Assembly: GCA_036172245.1 (NCBI GenBank)
Contig: JAYWIR010000032.1
Location: forward strand, 620,001 to 684,000
Direction: 5' to 3'
Source of the DNA: Raillietiella orientalis
Taxonomy: Eukaryota
Length of the DNA stretch: 64,000 nt
Shown: one piece after another, positions 41,648 through 54,600 of the stretch
Numbering within the stretch: the first letter of the stretch is position 1
Layout of the letters: each line of letters begins with the position of its first letter
Program-made: the position numbers and the translations under genes
Notes under the pieces: generated by a model
Databases searched by the model: none
Told to the model about the DNA's origin: nothing
The model's input: the letters and a program-made list of their open reading frames with translations, nothing else

Positions 41648-42429
41648 GCAAACCAAAGATCAAGGGGAATGCGATGCTTTTATAAAATGTCTTTGTACAA
41701 TGTTTCCGTCTTCGTTTCCTACCCAGAGCACATCAAAGACGAGGGAAACCGGACACTTTCCTCCATCTGGAAGCAGGTAGCCAAACACTAAAAGGTTTAT
41801 TCACTTGGATGGCAAATTCCTTGAGGGAAACCATGGAAAGGGCAAGAAATCATTTGATTCCTGCTCAGAGGGCATATACTACGTACACAGGCACACCCAG
41901 GGCCAAAGGAGTGTAGGCAGTGCAGAAGGCCTGTCGGAATCCAGAATAACCGGAAGTCGACGTGGTTTTGAGTTAACAAAACGCGAACGCGCTGGTCAAG
42001 TGACAACTCAAATCTTTTCTCAGATTTCTTTCTTCCTTTCGGGAGAACACGCTCGTTCATTTTTCGCCTCCTCATCCATCTGCACAGAGATGGCTTTTGC
42101 GCACGCGCGATGATCTCCGTTCATAAAAATACATAGTAATCTGATGTACTTTTTTCTTGATGCGAAAATACAAAGTAAACAAAACCTGAAGCAAAGGCAC
42201 TTTGGAAAAAGAAAGAAAAAAAAAAAAATGAAAACCTCCCATCTGTGCGTTTCCTTTGCTATCCAATTTCGGATGGAACACTGCAGCCTCCGCGTCCTGA
42301 ATCGTTGGTCAAGTACTTCGCGCTTCTTGCGCGTTTGGTTACCATTGTGCCACATAATGAATGTCTGCAAGGACCACGATCTCTGTTCCGTTACTAAGAG
42401 TTTTTATCTGACCGAGTTTTTTTTTCTTT

Positions 42430-42735
42430 TCATGAAGATGTTCTCGCTGTTTTGCTTCCAGCTTTTCTTTTTTGGTTCGCTAAGTACTCGAGGACCGTTC
42501 ACTCTCTTGGGGAGGCTCCCAAGGCTCTTTAACACCACCCGAGAGCGCGCATTACTTTTCAAGTTATAGAGCCCAAGAAGGCTCCCAGGATGGAGTTCGT
42601 TCCTCTTACTCTCGGTATGGAATCCCGAAGGAAACCTTTGCTCAGCCTGTCTGCAGAGGGAACCGGGAAAAAATCCGTTTCCTGTTTTTCCTCCTCTGGA
42701 AAGAACCCCGAAGGGAAACCGGCTCTCTGGTTCCC
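42430..42735 (-). mobile_element. SINE-like family A, 3' part
   Basis: Aligns in direct orientation with 8250-8620 (TTTTTGGTTCGCT, AGTTATAG, CGAAGGAAACCT, CCTCTGGAxAGAAC). Confidence 0.75.
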
Positions 42736-43594
42736 TTCAGGCAGAGACGTCGGGACTGTGAAAGACATCCAGTCGCAGGACTTGGAGGGTGCACACATTT
42801 GTGCAAGGGAAGCTCCTGGATCCCGAGGAGCAGGGCAGTCTCAGGTTCGAGGAGGAAAAGACTGGAAGCGGTATCTGAGCAGGGACCCTTCCGAAGGAAA
42901 GGCATGCACCTGGACAAAGAATGGGACGCCAAGCCCAGAAGCTACAAAGTCCCGAGCCGATTCATCTGGCAGGTTGAGACCGCAGGCTGTGCTGGCAAGT
43001 GATGCGACACTGAACAGAAGGCAGTCTCTGGAGACTTTTCGAGGACTGGCCGTAGCTGCTGCCTTGTTCCGATGCCAAGAACAGCAAATGCCATCCGGGG
43101 CTGTTCCCAAGTCGCGAAACGGGAGTCCGGTCTCCCATCCAGCGCTACTGGATCCGCAAAGAACTCGTGCGTGCATTCAGTTCGACAAACCACTCAACTA
43201 GGGATCTGTCTCGCTGTTGGCTTCGACAGATAAAAACAGGGTAACACGCTCGACGGATGATAAAAGGCACCGTGAAGTCGGACTGGGGCTCGCATAGGGA
43301 TGGAGGCATCAAAATGCAAAGCTTCAAAAGAAAATTTTTTTTTTTTTTCCCTCCTTGAGTCAGCAGTAATGCAATGTTATGATTTTTAATAGGTTATGTG
43401 ATTAGATTGCGCGTATTTTCGAAAGTGAAAGGCTGCCACATTGCTAAGGGCAGTCGAAACAGAATGGAAGACAGGACCAAATAAGATTCAGTGCAGAATC
43501 ATAATCGATTGTCCCCTGGCGGAAATCAAAGAGGAACCCGTGGAAAGACGAACCAAGCTACTGCAAAACAAAGATGTATAAAGTGAAACGTGGC

Positions 43595-43629
43595 ACCGTT
43601 GGCTAGCTTCCGTGAAGCTAGCCAACGGT
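43595..43629. repeat. Perfect 16-bp inverted repeat with a 3-nt loop
   Basis: ACCGTTGGCTAGCTTC-cgt-GAAGCTAGCCAACGGT. Confidence 0.95.
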
Positions 43630-43729
43630 TCAAGCAGTTGGTTAATCACTCGGTCACTCCGGGACTTTATTTTAAAAAATACACATACACGTGTAAAACC
43701 ATCGGCCCTACAACGTCCGAAAGCGTTCG

Positions 43730-44780
43730 GAACCTGCCGACTAACCGGCACGCAGGCCGGCGAGGTTCACCCCGGCAGCAGGAGGCTAAGAGACAAACAA
43801 AAATAAAAATAAATGGAAAACAATAATAAAAAAAAACTCTTGAGTTCACGGGAAGGGATCACGGTTCTCTGGAGGGCGTTCTCTGCATTCTTTCCAGGAT
43901 GCCGGTAAGTTCGATCCGAGTAGGTCCCAGGTAGGGCCATCTTGCTGCCGTCCTCATGAAGCGCAGGGCGAAGCAGATGGCGTCCCTATCGTGCCGTCCT
44001 CCTCTCGCGTAGCTCCAGGCTGCCACAATCCCGCGTAGGCAGCAGCAAAGAGCCGCTAGGGATGCGGCAGGCGAAAGGGCATCGCGCACGAAGAGGAGCT
44101 TCATCACGTCCCTGGGATTGTCCGTCGATGCACCAAGGGCCCTTGCGTAAAGTGACCACAGGGGCCGGAGGGCAACACAGTCTACAAGCAGGTGCGGGAG
44201 GGATTATCATTCCCTGCATTTGCAACAGTTGTGACCCACAGTCCCCCGGGTCCAGTGAGAGCGGCGGGTGTCGCACGGGATACCCCAGTGCAATCGACCT
44301 GCTACTTCACGGAGAGGGTCCTGTTGTTCTTTAGCGTTGGGGACCACTCGAGGTCTTCGTGTGGGATTCCCAGCAGCTTATCCCAGGGCAATCGTCCTTT
44401 CGATGGGGCACTTGGGATAGTAGCGTCTGTGAGCTGGCCCGTGGTCCAGCCACCTAATTCTTTCGTCCGAAGACCTATTTCGCAGCTGACCTTCCATTTG
44501 GTCGGCTGGTTGCAGCTCAGGTGCTCCCTAAGGGAGGACAATGCCGCGGGCTAGGGAGATTCTTTGCGGCCACGCACACGGGTTGCACGATGACGTCCTG
44601 CTTCGAGCGGATGCTGTAGAAGGAGTGCAGCATCTCCGGACTTGTTCTTGGCCCATATGCAAACGGTTTCCTGCAACCTGGCACTACCGTTCGCGGGCCG
44701 ACAAAAGATCCAGTTGTTGGTTCAAGTGCTTGGAGTGCTTCAAGTTTTACGAAGACTTCCGAGTAGTCAGGGAACTTTAG
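43730..44780 (-). mobile_element. L1/Tx1-like LINE 3' end, family B, copy 3
   Basis: ALCCCLRGIVAAWSY...MRTAARWPYL; DNA homology to 7370-7600 and to parts of 49500-50170. Confidence 0.75.
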
Positions 44781-45649
44781 CGAAACTGAGAATAAAAACA
44801 AAATTAAGACAGTTGCTAAGAATCGGGTCATTCTCACAGATACTTGATTGATCTGAGGTGCGTGATGAACTCCTTAGCTTTTCAAAGTTCAGCTTGCAGT
44901 GCCCGGATGGAAAGGGATGCTGTGTTCGGATTCAAACTGCGGACGGGAACCATGTTTGTTCCTTATTCAAGTCCCATAAGGAGTGCATGACCAGACACAC
45001 GCAGTGACCCTGATGATTCGCAATTTTGTGCCATCCTTCCAACATTGTAACTTCGGAATGCCTTCTCCATGAAACTGTTCTCTTAAAGCAGTTTGTCTCT
45101 CTGTTTCTTTTCTAAAGTATAGCTTTAAATTCAGCAGCGGCATCCAGAGACCAACATCCTCTTTAGTGCATTGTCTTGCGGTTGTCAGCTTTAAGAATTC
45201 AAAATGGAAATAATGAAGGTTAGTGAGACCTTCATCTCACACCATAAGCAAGATGAAGATCATGAAATTGTAGCAGGAGAACATGGACTGGTGAGAAGTG
45301 AAATTGGATGGATGCAAAGCGAAAATGAGAACGAACATGTGGATGAGTGATTCCCGAAACTCGAGGAACGAGGAATCACCATTTTTTCGGATGAAGAACA
45401 GTCGCTTTCTTGTTCACTCTTGAGATTGAGATGCATTTATCATCGGCAGCAATCAAAATAATAATGAAGGATCTGAAAGGAAAAGAGCGAAAGCTTGTTC
45501 CGTTTTGTCATGTTTGTGACTTCTTTCGAAATCTGAGCTGCAGCCACGACCGAAAAGACAAGACTGAGAAACGAATGAGCTGCCCATCCAAAGTGTCGCT
45601 CTGCAAACGGTCGACGAAATTAGTTCGAGGGGAACATCCAGACTTAAAC

Positions 45650-46560
45650 GAGAGGAAAACTTGGCGGCCTGCGGCATCTCCGCGCGCGGTACCACGCGTT
45701 GAGGGTTCGAATCCCACCCCCAAGCAAGGATTGAACGATGAGAAACGAGTGGGTTTCGAGACCCCTCCGCAGGATGACGCTGGTTGGCCTTGGAGGCTAC
45801 GGCCGTAGCACTGGTGGAAGCCGGATGCTCCCGTTGACCGGCCGGGATTTGGAAGTCGACTCTTCGAGGTCCAATCAGGAACCAAAGAGCTGGTTCCCTT
45901 CGGCGCTCCCCTCTGGCTGTGCAAATGGAGCTGTCCCCTTTTCCCTCGGGGAATGATCCTCCATCACGTACCATGGAGCTGGTTGACAGCTTTCCAAAGT
46001 GTCTAGAAGCTCACTGCTCACTTCCGGGAGCGCTCTCCGGGAAAAATTTAGAAGTGTCTCTTCGAGGTTCTCTTCAGAGCAAGAAGCAAGGAGCGGTTGC
46101 ATTGCAGGCTCCCTTCGGAGAAGAAACGACTCGTGGTCTCCTCCGAGGGTCCCTCCAGGGGTCTCTCCGGAGGAGAATAAGGAACAAGATTTCTTCGGGG
46201 TTCTCTTCGGAGACATCCAGGATGGTGTGTTCCCTTCCAAGAGTAAGAGGAATGGACTCCTTCTTCCGGAGTCTTCCTGAATTCATAGGGTGGTCCCATC
46301 CTGACGTAGCCTCTATAACTCCAAGAGTTAAACGCACTCTCAGGTGGCGTGGACTGTGGTAAGGAGTTTCGCGAGCCTTCCCTAAGGAGGCGAACGCTTT
46401 ATGAACGCTGACGAACCAAAACATAGAGGGAGGAAGGGAAATGAAGCTGGAAGCTAAAACAGCCAGAAGCAACAGGACCCGAAAAGATTTAAATCATCTA
46501 CCAGGACATCTCTGCAGACCAGAAATCAGAAAGTGGAGACGAATTGCTGCCGAGCTGACA
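45650..46560 (+). mobile_element. Most complete copy of SINE-like family A (tRNA-like head, ~700-bp body, RTE-like tail)
   Basis: B box GGTTCGAATCCC at 45704-45715, second B-box-like GGGTTTCGAGACCC at ~45751; aligns with six other segments in the window; tail translates MKLEAKTARSNRTRKDL...RKWRRIA. Confidence 0.82.
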
Positions 46561-46639
46561 CCGGGCGCTCACTTCCTCCTTAGTTGAAAGCACTCCAGCG
46601 ACGAAATAGGTTTCAAGAATTTCCTTTGAAGATTCTCTA

Positions 46640-47900
46640 GCTCGTCCTTCGTTCCTCACCTTCTCGGAGAACGCATCTCATCCTTGCGGTCTGAGATACG
46701 GAGGTATCGAGAGCTACTGTTAATGGTTCCACTTCAGGAGGCCTCACAGTGGCGCTCCGCACCGCCACTGCTTGTTCTTTTGGCGCTTCGGGAAATGGAA
46801 AAATCCTCGCGAGCTCTGACCCTGCAATGCCTTCAGGCGAGATCCTCTTTTTCCACCACAAAAGACGGCGTCCTGGAGAGCTTCGATTCGGACTACGAGG
46901 GTGTTTCTTCACGTGTTTCTTCATAGTTTTGCGTGCACGTCCCACGGATGGGCGTGGTATACCAAGCCGACCTTCGCAATTGGCCTGCACCTCTTTTTTC
47001 ACGACGGGCTCATTTCACGCTACCATTGGCCGGTTGCGCAAGCTCCGAGAGCCATTTATCCTGCCTCGGCTAGGGAAGGCACCAATGCACCGACCACTGC
47101 AGTTTCCGAAAGACGCCGTTTCAATCGCAGGGAGGGCGAGTGTAATATCCTCTGGGATTTTTGGCGGGAAATTCCTGCAGAGTCCGGAAGGAGCACACGA
47201 AGCGGAGCAAAAAGTTGCTTGGGATGACAGTAATTCCGAGCGTTCAGGAGGAGAACGAAAACGAACCTGGAGAGTGGGCAAAGCTGCTTGAGGCCAGACG
47301 GGACGCTTGCGTACCAGAGTGCCGGAGCTCCCTAACGGAGTCCAAGGCGATCCGATCTTGCTCTTCTCATTCATAACCGTCCCTTAGAATACGCCTCGTA
47401 TCTTCTTGCCTCTGGAAACACCTAGAAATAGGGAGAACAGCTTTGACGTCCTTCATCCTTTGTCAGGGGTCGCAAAGGCGCTGGCAGCCGTGTGGCCACG
47501 GGGGTCCGCTCGCGGTGGAAAGCAGCAAAGCACCCTTCTCTAGGCCCGTCTGCTACAGAGATTGAGGCAGATCAGTTTGTGCCGCAAGGACTACTTGAAG
47601 GAGCTCCTGTAAAATCTGCCTTCGGCGGAAAAACAGGAGTGGTGCGATTTCCCTTGTTAGGAGGGTTCCCCCCTCACCCCCCTTTCTCTATTTGTGGAAG
47701 CACAGGGCAGAGGAGAACCGCTGGCGGCTGACGACTCCTCCCTCACCGTTGGATCCGAGGCGGTTCTTGAGCATCTCAACCCACCTCCAGCATCTGACGA
47801 GAGAGTGTTTGCTGCTTCTCGCATGCACAGGGCGGGTTCCAGCAAATGTCTCCTGGTCGGAGCCTCAACATTCGGCAAGCAATGTTGAGCTCCCAGTGTT
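46640..47900 (-). mobile_element. Decayed L1/Tx1-like reverse transcriptase remnant
   Basis: ASAFATPD (S.FADD), GTVMNEKSKI (G..LN..KS) and GRLGIP (GGLG.P) occur in order. Confidence 0.55.
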
Positions 47901-48599
47901 GTTGCCCTCCGGGAAGATTCGAGATAAGGAATTTGTTTTTCCCTTTCTTTCTTTTCTCGTTTTTTTTTTTTTTTTTTGTTCTTTTTTCGGGAATCAATTC
48001 ATTTCGCTAAGACAAAGAAACATTAGAAACTGCTCTCGCATGGAAACATCTTTCGCGAAGATTCATGAAGGTAACTGTTTTGAAATCGAAGGCATCCTTT
48101 TGCTCCTGTAAACAAGATCGTAAATCACACGTTGCTTTCGATGTTAGTATTCGAAAAACCTTCCCGGGTTTTTATTTTTCGCGAATTATTTTCAAATTAA
48201 CCGGATTGGAAGATGGAAATCAAATCGATCGTAGGCTGCTTTGATGGAAGGCAGCACCGGGGGTGAGTCGGCGGTGCCGCCGTTCTGGAAGAGGAGAAAG
48301 GTAACATTGGTACTGCGGATATCCCCACCTTTTTGAGCGCACGGATCTGGAGACCTCTCTTGCAACCGCCTCCTCCTCCTCCATTCCTCCTCTTCCTCTT
48401 CCATCCTTCCTCCTCTTTCTCTTACTCCTCCTCCTTCAGGAGCAGAGTTCGGACTTCCCAACTCCCTTGACTGCAGGGAGCCTTCTCGCAATAGGCTGTG
48501 CGACCCGCGGACCATGCAGGCCGCCTAACAAGGGCACGGCCTCCCAGGATACCTCCCGGCTGCCGCGAAAACTTCCCCGATTATTTAGGACCTTCTTGC

Positions 48600-49250
48600 G
48601 CCGATGGCTCCAGAAGTGCCTTGCGGAACTTCCTTGAATGAACATCTTTTTGCGGAGAGACCGGAGGGGCGAGCTCCGTCTCTGCCAGGAGATCCTTCCT
48701 TAGGAAACTTCCAAAAGGTCGGTAAAAAAATTCCCGTTGGTGATTTCCTTACCGGGATTTCCAGACGAGAATTTCGCCGATCCGTTATTTCTTCGGCGTC
48801 CGTCCGCAACGACTTGGACGTGCTCGAAAGGACGAAACAGATGAGCCCAATTTATTGTTCCTTCAACTGAACAGACAACGGGCAATGAAAGCTCCACGGT
48901 CGATGCTGACGTTTCTTTGAATGGCTGAGACATCAGACAGTCCGTTAAAGAATTTATTTGGAAAGGGCTGAAAATGAGGAACTTTGACCGCTCAGCTGCG
49001 CTTACTATGTCTCCCCCATATCTTGCGGTTCTGTCCACAGGGGAAGCTGAAGACAACGTCGTCAGACAGCATGATGCAGAAGAGCTGGTCCAGCGTTCCG
49101 CATCGGCGGCAGACCACCAGCAGTGGCAACCGAGGAGCATTCTCCTACTAGAGAACAAGTCTTTCCGCATGCTCGAGTGAGAAGGCTGGGTTTCCATCTC
49201 TTCCAGCTTCGTAAAGTTGCTTCCAGAACCGAAAAGGGGGAAAGAAAAGA
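48600..49250 (-). mobile_element. Decayed LINE APE endonuclease remnant
   Basis: EMETQ...CWWS...DRTARY...KFLIF resembles QET...WS...D..GRY...F.L.N (ORF 48700-49254). Confidence 0.45.
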
Positions 49251-49259
49251 ACACCCGAA

Positions 49260-50220
49260 GTCACAAGTCAGAAGGGAACAGCGTTCCCTGAATGCGAGAT
49301 GTCAAAAGAAAAAAAGAAGTTCATTGGAGATGACCTCCGGCATGCAGGCTTGCTTCTAAGGAAGTAGGGAACAGAAAGAAAAGACAATAAATTAATAAGA
49401 AAAAAAGAAGGGAGGATAGCGACAAGGGTTTTTGGTTTTATTCGTTCCTTTCTTTCTAGAAGCGGAGGCGCGTATGGTGTGGCCATGTGGCCTGTGTATG
49501 GTGGCGATCCCACTGATGACCTCTTCTGGAAGATGAGGCCACCTTGAAGCCGTCCTCATCAAGGGGGCTGCCATGATGGTGGCCCCCGCCCTTCGCTGCG
49601 AACAAGACTCCAACACATGGCAGACTGTCACCATGGCACGGATGCAGCAGATCCTCGCCATCACAGCACCTGCCGTCAGCCCGCCTTGAGTGAAGAAGCG
49701 GCGCAGCAAGTCTGCAGCGGAATCCTGCGGAAGGCGTAGCACTGAGGCTGGTCTCTGCCAAATGCCCTCAGGGGCACTGCAGTCAAATAGGACGAGAGGG
49801 GTGTCATAGCCCCGCATCTCAAACAGTTCGGGGAGGTGATCCCCCTCTCAAACCAGGTGTCTACGCCGGTTGCACCGGAATCTCCCCAGTGCAGCATCAG
49901 CAGACCATCTTGCTGCCACCGTAGAGGCGGCGTCTACATACAGGAGAGGGGCCCAGTAGGCCACTTCACCGAAGGAGTCCCGTCTCCCGGAAACGAGGAG
50001 TGGCGGAGTCCGCCAACCCCACTCCTGCAGCCGTCGAGGAGTTTCTCGACTCCTGCAGTGGTACAGAAGAACTCCCACACCGTTGGCTGGCTGCTGTCAT
50101 CGTTTTCTCTGAGGACAGACAGTGCTGTGGCAAGAGGTGTGACGGCTATCCGAGGCCACTGCGTTTAGTCCTGCAGGACATCTAGGAGTTTCCATAAGAG
50201 TTTTCGTAGCGGACTCAGTT
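49260..50220 (-). mobile_element. L1/Tx1-like LINE 3' end with 3' UTR, family B, copy 4
   Basis: LHWG...RGITSPNCLRCG...VLFDCSAPEGIW (zf-RVT)...MRTASRWPHL; aligns over ~1 kb with the reverse complement of 57740-58720. Confidence 0.85.
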
Positions 50221-50299
50221 CAAAGTGACAACCTAGGACTACCAGCGCCTCCTGCCACCTGGCAAGAAAAAGAAAAAAACATGAAAACCTGCTCTCAGC

Positions 50300-51620
50300 A
50301 GCGTCGCTTCTGGTGATGGAATTCCTATCTTCCAGAGGTCCACATTCCAGAAGTTTCACCACCGGACACTTTCAGCCTCGTCGGCTCCAGGAAGACCTGA
50401 AAATCTGCGGCTCAAGTAGGTGGATGTCGAGCGAGGCACGAGGCTGAGTCACGCGATCTGTGAGCTGGGATGCTGTGCGTGTGACACACCTCAGTGCGTC
50501 TTCTCGGCCACGTTCGTCGTTTCGGCGCGCTCTTTGCTGCTCTTTGGGTCGCAAGCTCATGCTCACGAGTGAAGGGCCGGCAGTAGAACGGACTCTGGAC
50601 GTTGTCTGCCTCCCGTGAGAGACTGGGGAACGGCCGTTCATCTTCATTCCTCTCGTGATCCACCGTAAAGCACCCTTGGCCGACCTCGATGGGACTCCCT
50701 CGTTCCTGCGGGACTTCCTCGACGGAAGGCCACTTCCGGTGCTGCCACCTTTCTCGAGCGGAAAGGGGAGGGACGTGTGCTATCGCGCCCTGTCCCGGAA
50801 CGTTCGAGAAAGCCGCCTTCACCTGACCCTGAGACGCCAGCGCGTCTTGATTTGGGCACCCGCCTGAAGGCCTGCGATACGCTTGTGAGGGACGAGAGAG
50901 ATGCTGGAAAGATTTACGGTGTTCGATGGGAAGAAACGCAGAGTCTGGAACGCGGCAGACCCCCAAGCCTCTGTGGGAATCGCAGCCCAGCTAACTGCCC
51001 TCCATCACGAAGCCACTCCTCAATCACCGTTCGTGCGATCTTCCATCAATATGGAAACCGTGGGAGGCATCTCTAAGGGACCTCCCTCCGTTCGTAAACA
51101 AGGAACGCCGCGCTGGAGGGGCTGACCCTGTGTCTGGCTAGCGCGGCGTTCCACCCGCGTGCGCCTGCGTTCTTCCGTGGTACGCTCGAGGTCTGGGTTC
51201 CTTCCTGGAGCTCCTTTCCCTCTCACCATCTTCTCTGCGTCGAGCTCGACCCTGATCTTCGCCGTCTGAAAGGCCACTAGACGAGCATCGGCAAGAAGAA
51301 GAACCCAGGCCAGCGAGTCGCTGCTGACGACTGGTCAAGACTGGAGGGGCACCCGACCTCCTTCCATTTGCACATTTCCTCAAAGGTCCTTCGGGTTTTC
51401 GCAATGCCTTCTCTTCCAGCTGGCCGCTGAACGATACGAGACGGTTCTCGATCATTGCAGCCACCGGTGCGGACTGCTCCGCTCGGTAACCCGGGAACCA
51501 GCGCGTCACCCAGCATGTCGGACTTTTTCCATGAGTCATCTCGGAAGCTGCAAATTACTCGCCTCGCCTGACGGAAGGAGAGCTCCATTAGCCGCACGTG
51601 CAGAGCTCTCCAGCTGGACT
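50300..51620 (+). mobile_element. Probable decayed LINE ORF2 (RT to zf-RVT)
   Basis: Degenerate RT and thumb-like words across frames (FIFIPLVI, ERGRPPSLCGNR, QHVGLF). Confidence 0.38.
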
Positions 51621-52899
51621 CCATTGATTGGCTGATTCGAAACGGTTGGTACGATACGGTGATGGAGTTGAGAAGATGTGTTCCTGCCCGTTCATCTAGG
51701 GATATTCAGCTCTTTCATCACTCGGTCATTCGGCGTGTTTTAGGATTCCGGAACGTTCCTGCCGCTGCGAGCGCTCCTCTGGAGACGAACCAACCCCTTA
51801 CACTGTCCCTTTCGCTGCACCTTCGAAGGGTTCACGCGATGCCCAGCACTTCAACATCTCTTCCCCCTGGACGCAGCTTTGGATTGCGGTCTTTTCGTGA
51901 ACGGGGGCTTTGACGCAGACCGCTAGCTCGCTACGCCTTTTCTGCACCCGACCGTTGACGCGGAAAACTCTTGCGACCCAGCCTTCTCCTCCCGCTTTTC
52001 CGCCGTTCCCTGCTCAGGAGGTCAGCGCCGTTCCCGGTTGGCCAACGTCCGCGTACAGAGCAGGAGGCCGAGTCGCTTCGACCTGCGGCCGCTGGGCGTG
52101 ACTCTTCCGAGTGGGAGACGCTCGAAGCCGGACTCTGCCCTCGATCCGGGTGTTTCGGAGTAGGCATCGCCCGCGCCGCCCTCAGTCGAGTCGTGCGCGG
52201 GCGAGTTCGTCTCGAAGCGATTTTCTTTTTCGTGAGCGCGTCGGCTTTCGGGTCCTCGAGTGGTGTCTTGGGCGCTTCCGCCGTCCACCTGCGCCACTGC
52301 CGCACGTTCTGCTTCGCTTTCCGTCAACCGCTCGACGCGTGAGGAGCCATCTTCCTTTTCGCCGAACCCAACCCGTGGGGCGGATCTTGCGCCTCCGGAC
52401 CCGCAGAGGTAGCTGGAGGCAACCGTCGGCAGCGAAGTGGTCGGTCTTTTCGAGTGGGTCCGGCAGCCGCTGATTTTCCTCTCCCTCCCCTCCCCTTGCC
52501 GCCGATTTCTTCTGCGAGCGCTGGAGGCGTTCCAGACTCCAGCGATACCGAGGTGGCCGCGTGGCCAGCTGTGCCCTGCCCGCTTTCCTTCTAGGCTTCT
52601 CTTTGGTCAGCCACTCCCGGCAAGAGTGGGTCTCTGCACCTCATTGGACGGTTCGAGGCACCATCGACGTGGAGGTTTCTCCTGGTTCGGATCCGTCGGC
52701 AGCTCATGCCCTATCCGCTAAGCGCTCCCCCAGTTGCAGCCGCTGTTCCCCGCCCCACGAAAAGAAGGAACGGACCTGGAGTTCCACGTCTTCTTCCTCC
52801 TTTTCTCAGCCCGACTTCCAAGGAGAGATCCTTCTCAAGAAACCACAGCCTTCAGGAGAAGATCTCGCTCTGGCCGCGTCTTGCAGGCGTCTGACTTCT

Positions 52900-54600
52900 C
52901 CTTGGGACCATGGGAAACTGGGTTTAGGGACGGCGTCTGAACCACGTGACCCTGACCCCGCCGTCGACTGCCGCGTTCGGGGGATCGCTTCCCACGGTTC
53001 GTGCTCCTAACTTCCTGGTCGGCGGAGCAGCCGCGTCGACCTGGAAGAGACGTCCCGTCGCCCCGTGAGCATGGCTGGGCTAGGCCAAGGAGGCCATTCT
53101 CATGCCTTCACAGGTGGGAAGATTTTCTCGGAATGCCCCGAGGCAAACTAGGGAGCCTTCATCCTTTCTTTGCGAGGCGAGCACAACGCCATGTTGCTAC
53201 TGCTGAGCCGCGGAGAAGGTGCGCCTGGAATGAGGAGGTCCGTAGGTGCGCACCATTCCGGAGCGTGCGGCAGACCTGGACGCGTATCACAGGAGTGCCC
53301 GATTGTACCTTCAGGGACCGGGAGAAGGTCCTTTCCCCTTTCGGGCTTCTTCGGCGCATCATCTGCGGCCTCTTCAGTCCCCATCTAGCCAGCTAGATGG
53401 GGACGCCACTTATCGCAGAGCAGCCCAAGGTGGGGGAAGGGCGTAGCCTCCATCTGAGGGAGCCATCCGTCGTCCTCATGCGGCGTGCCGCCACATGTGC
53501 AAAAACGGGAAGGCGCACCAAAAGGAAGCCCCCAGGCAATCGAGAACGGAGTAGGTCGCAACCGGTCGTGACCTTTTGCCCTTCCCCATCGCGGGTCCTC
53601 CAGTATCTGCACCTCCAGTCCAACTGACCGACGCAGCCGCTCCGAGGACGCGGACCTATGCCCCGGCATGACCTCTCTCGGACCGACTTCCGCGGGGAAA
53701 GCGGCAGTCCACTCGCGTCTGGATCGGTTCCGCGCTTCCCTCGCGCATCTGGCAGACGAAGGTCCTTTCCCCTCCCATGGGGGGGGCTGGGCGGCTCGAG
53801 AGCAAGAAGTGCAGCCATCTTCTGGAGGAGGGGGAAGTAAGTTTTGACGGAGCTCCCGAGGCGAGGGGGATAGGATGGGTGGTCCCTTTTCGGCTCCCTC
53901 TGGACTGCGGAGCCACGGGAGGCCAGAGGATCTCCTCCGCTCGAGATGCTCCTCCTCCAACATCTGCGGCATCGAGGAGCTGCCCCAACGGAGGATTGGT
54001 GAACCAAACGGCGAGGGGGAGCATCGCTCGTATCTCCGGCAAAGGGGTCCTTCCCTCCTAGCATTCACCATCCCTTCGAGCGTACCGAGTGCGGGACGGA
54101 TCGTGTCCACCCGTGCCATCGTGCCATATACGCGGTACGCATGCGTTTGTGTATTTTGTCGAGCGGACGCGCTCCGGCACGACCTTCGCATACCGAACTG
54201 CCGGGCCATCCATTCTAAAGATACAAAGGAAACGATTTCCAGCGAATCCCGTAACCAAGGCGACTCATCCTCTCTGATCGGGCAAACGAGGAGGGGGAAG
54301 CTCAGGGAAGGGAGCGCGCGCTCGCCGGTTTGAGAGCCGACCAGTGGGCAGCCTGAGTAGGACCTGGCAGCCCTGCGCACGCAGGCGGTTGCCTGCCCTA
54401 CTCTTCGATCCCCGTCGCTCGCAGGCATCTGCGGCGGTGCCGGAGGTCCCGTGGGGCAACATACAGGCGGCTGGGACCCCTCCGAGGGCTCCTTCCGCGT
54501 TACGGAAGCGCGCGAGGCAAGGCTGCCACCTCCCTCACCCACCCCTCGGTCGATGCCCGGGCACGGTGGCGTCCCCTGCTTCGAGGAAGCACCCGGTGTG
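52900..54600 (-). mobile_element. Decayed L1/Tx1-like ORF2 3' half
   Basis: LCIFRMDG (LGI.F..DG), WEGKGP (FLW.GK) and ARLAKKG...SSHL (zf-RVT region) occur in order. Confidence 0.5.

Noticed and set aside
45661..45725. tRNA gene at B-box sites (also 9592, 23686, 60192)
   Set aside because: There is no complete cloverleaf, and each site is attached to the same repeat body, so these are SINE heads.
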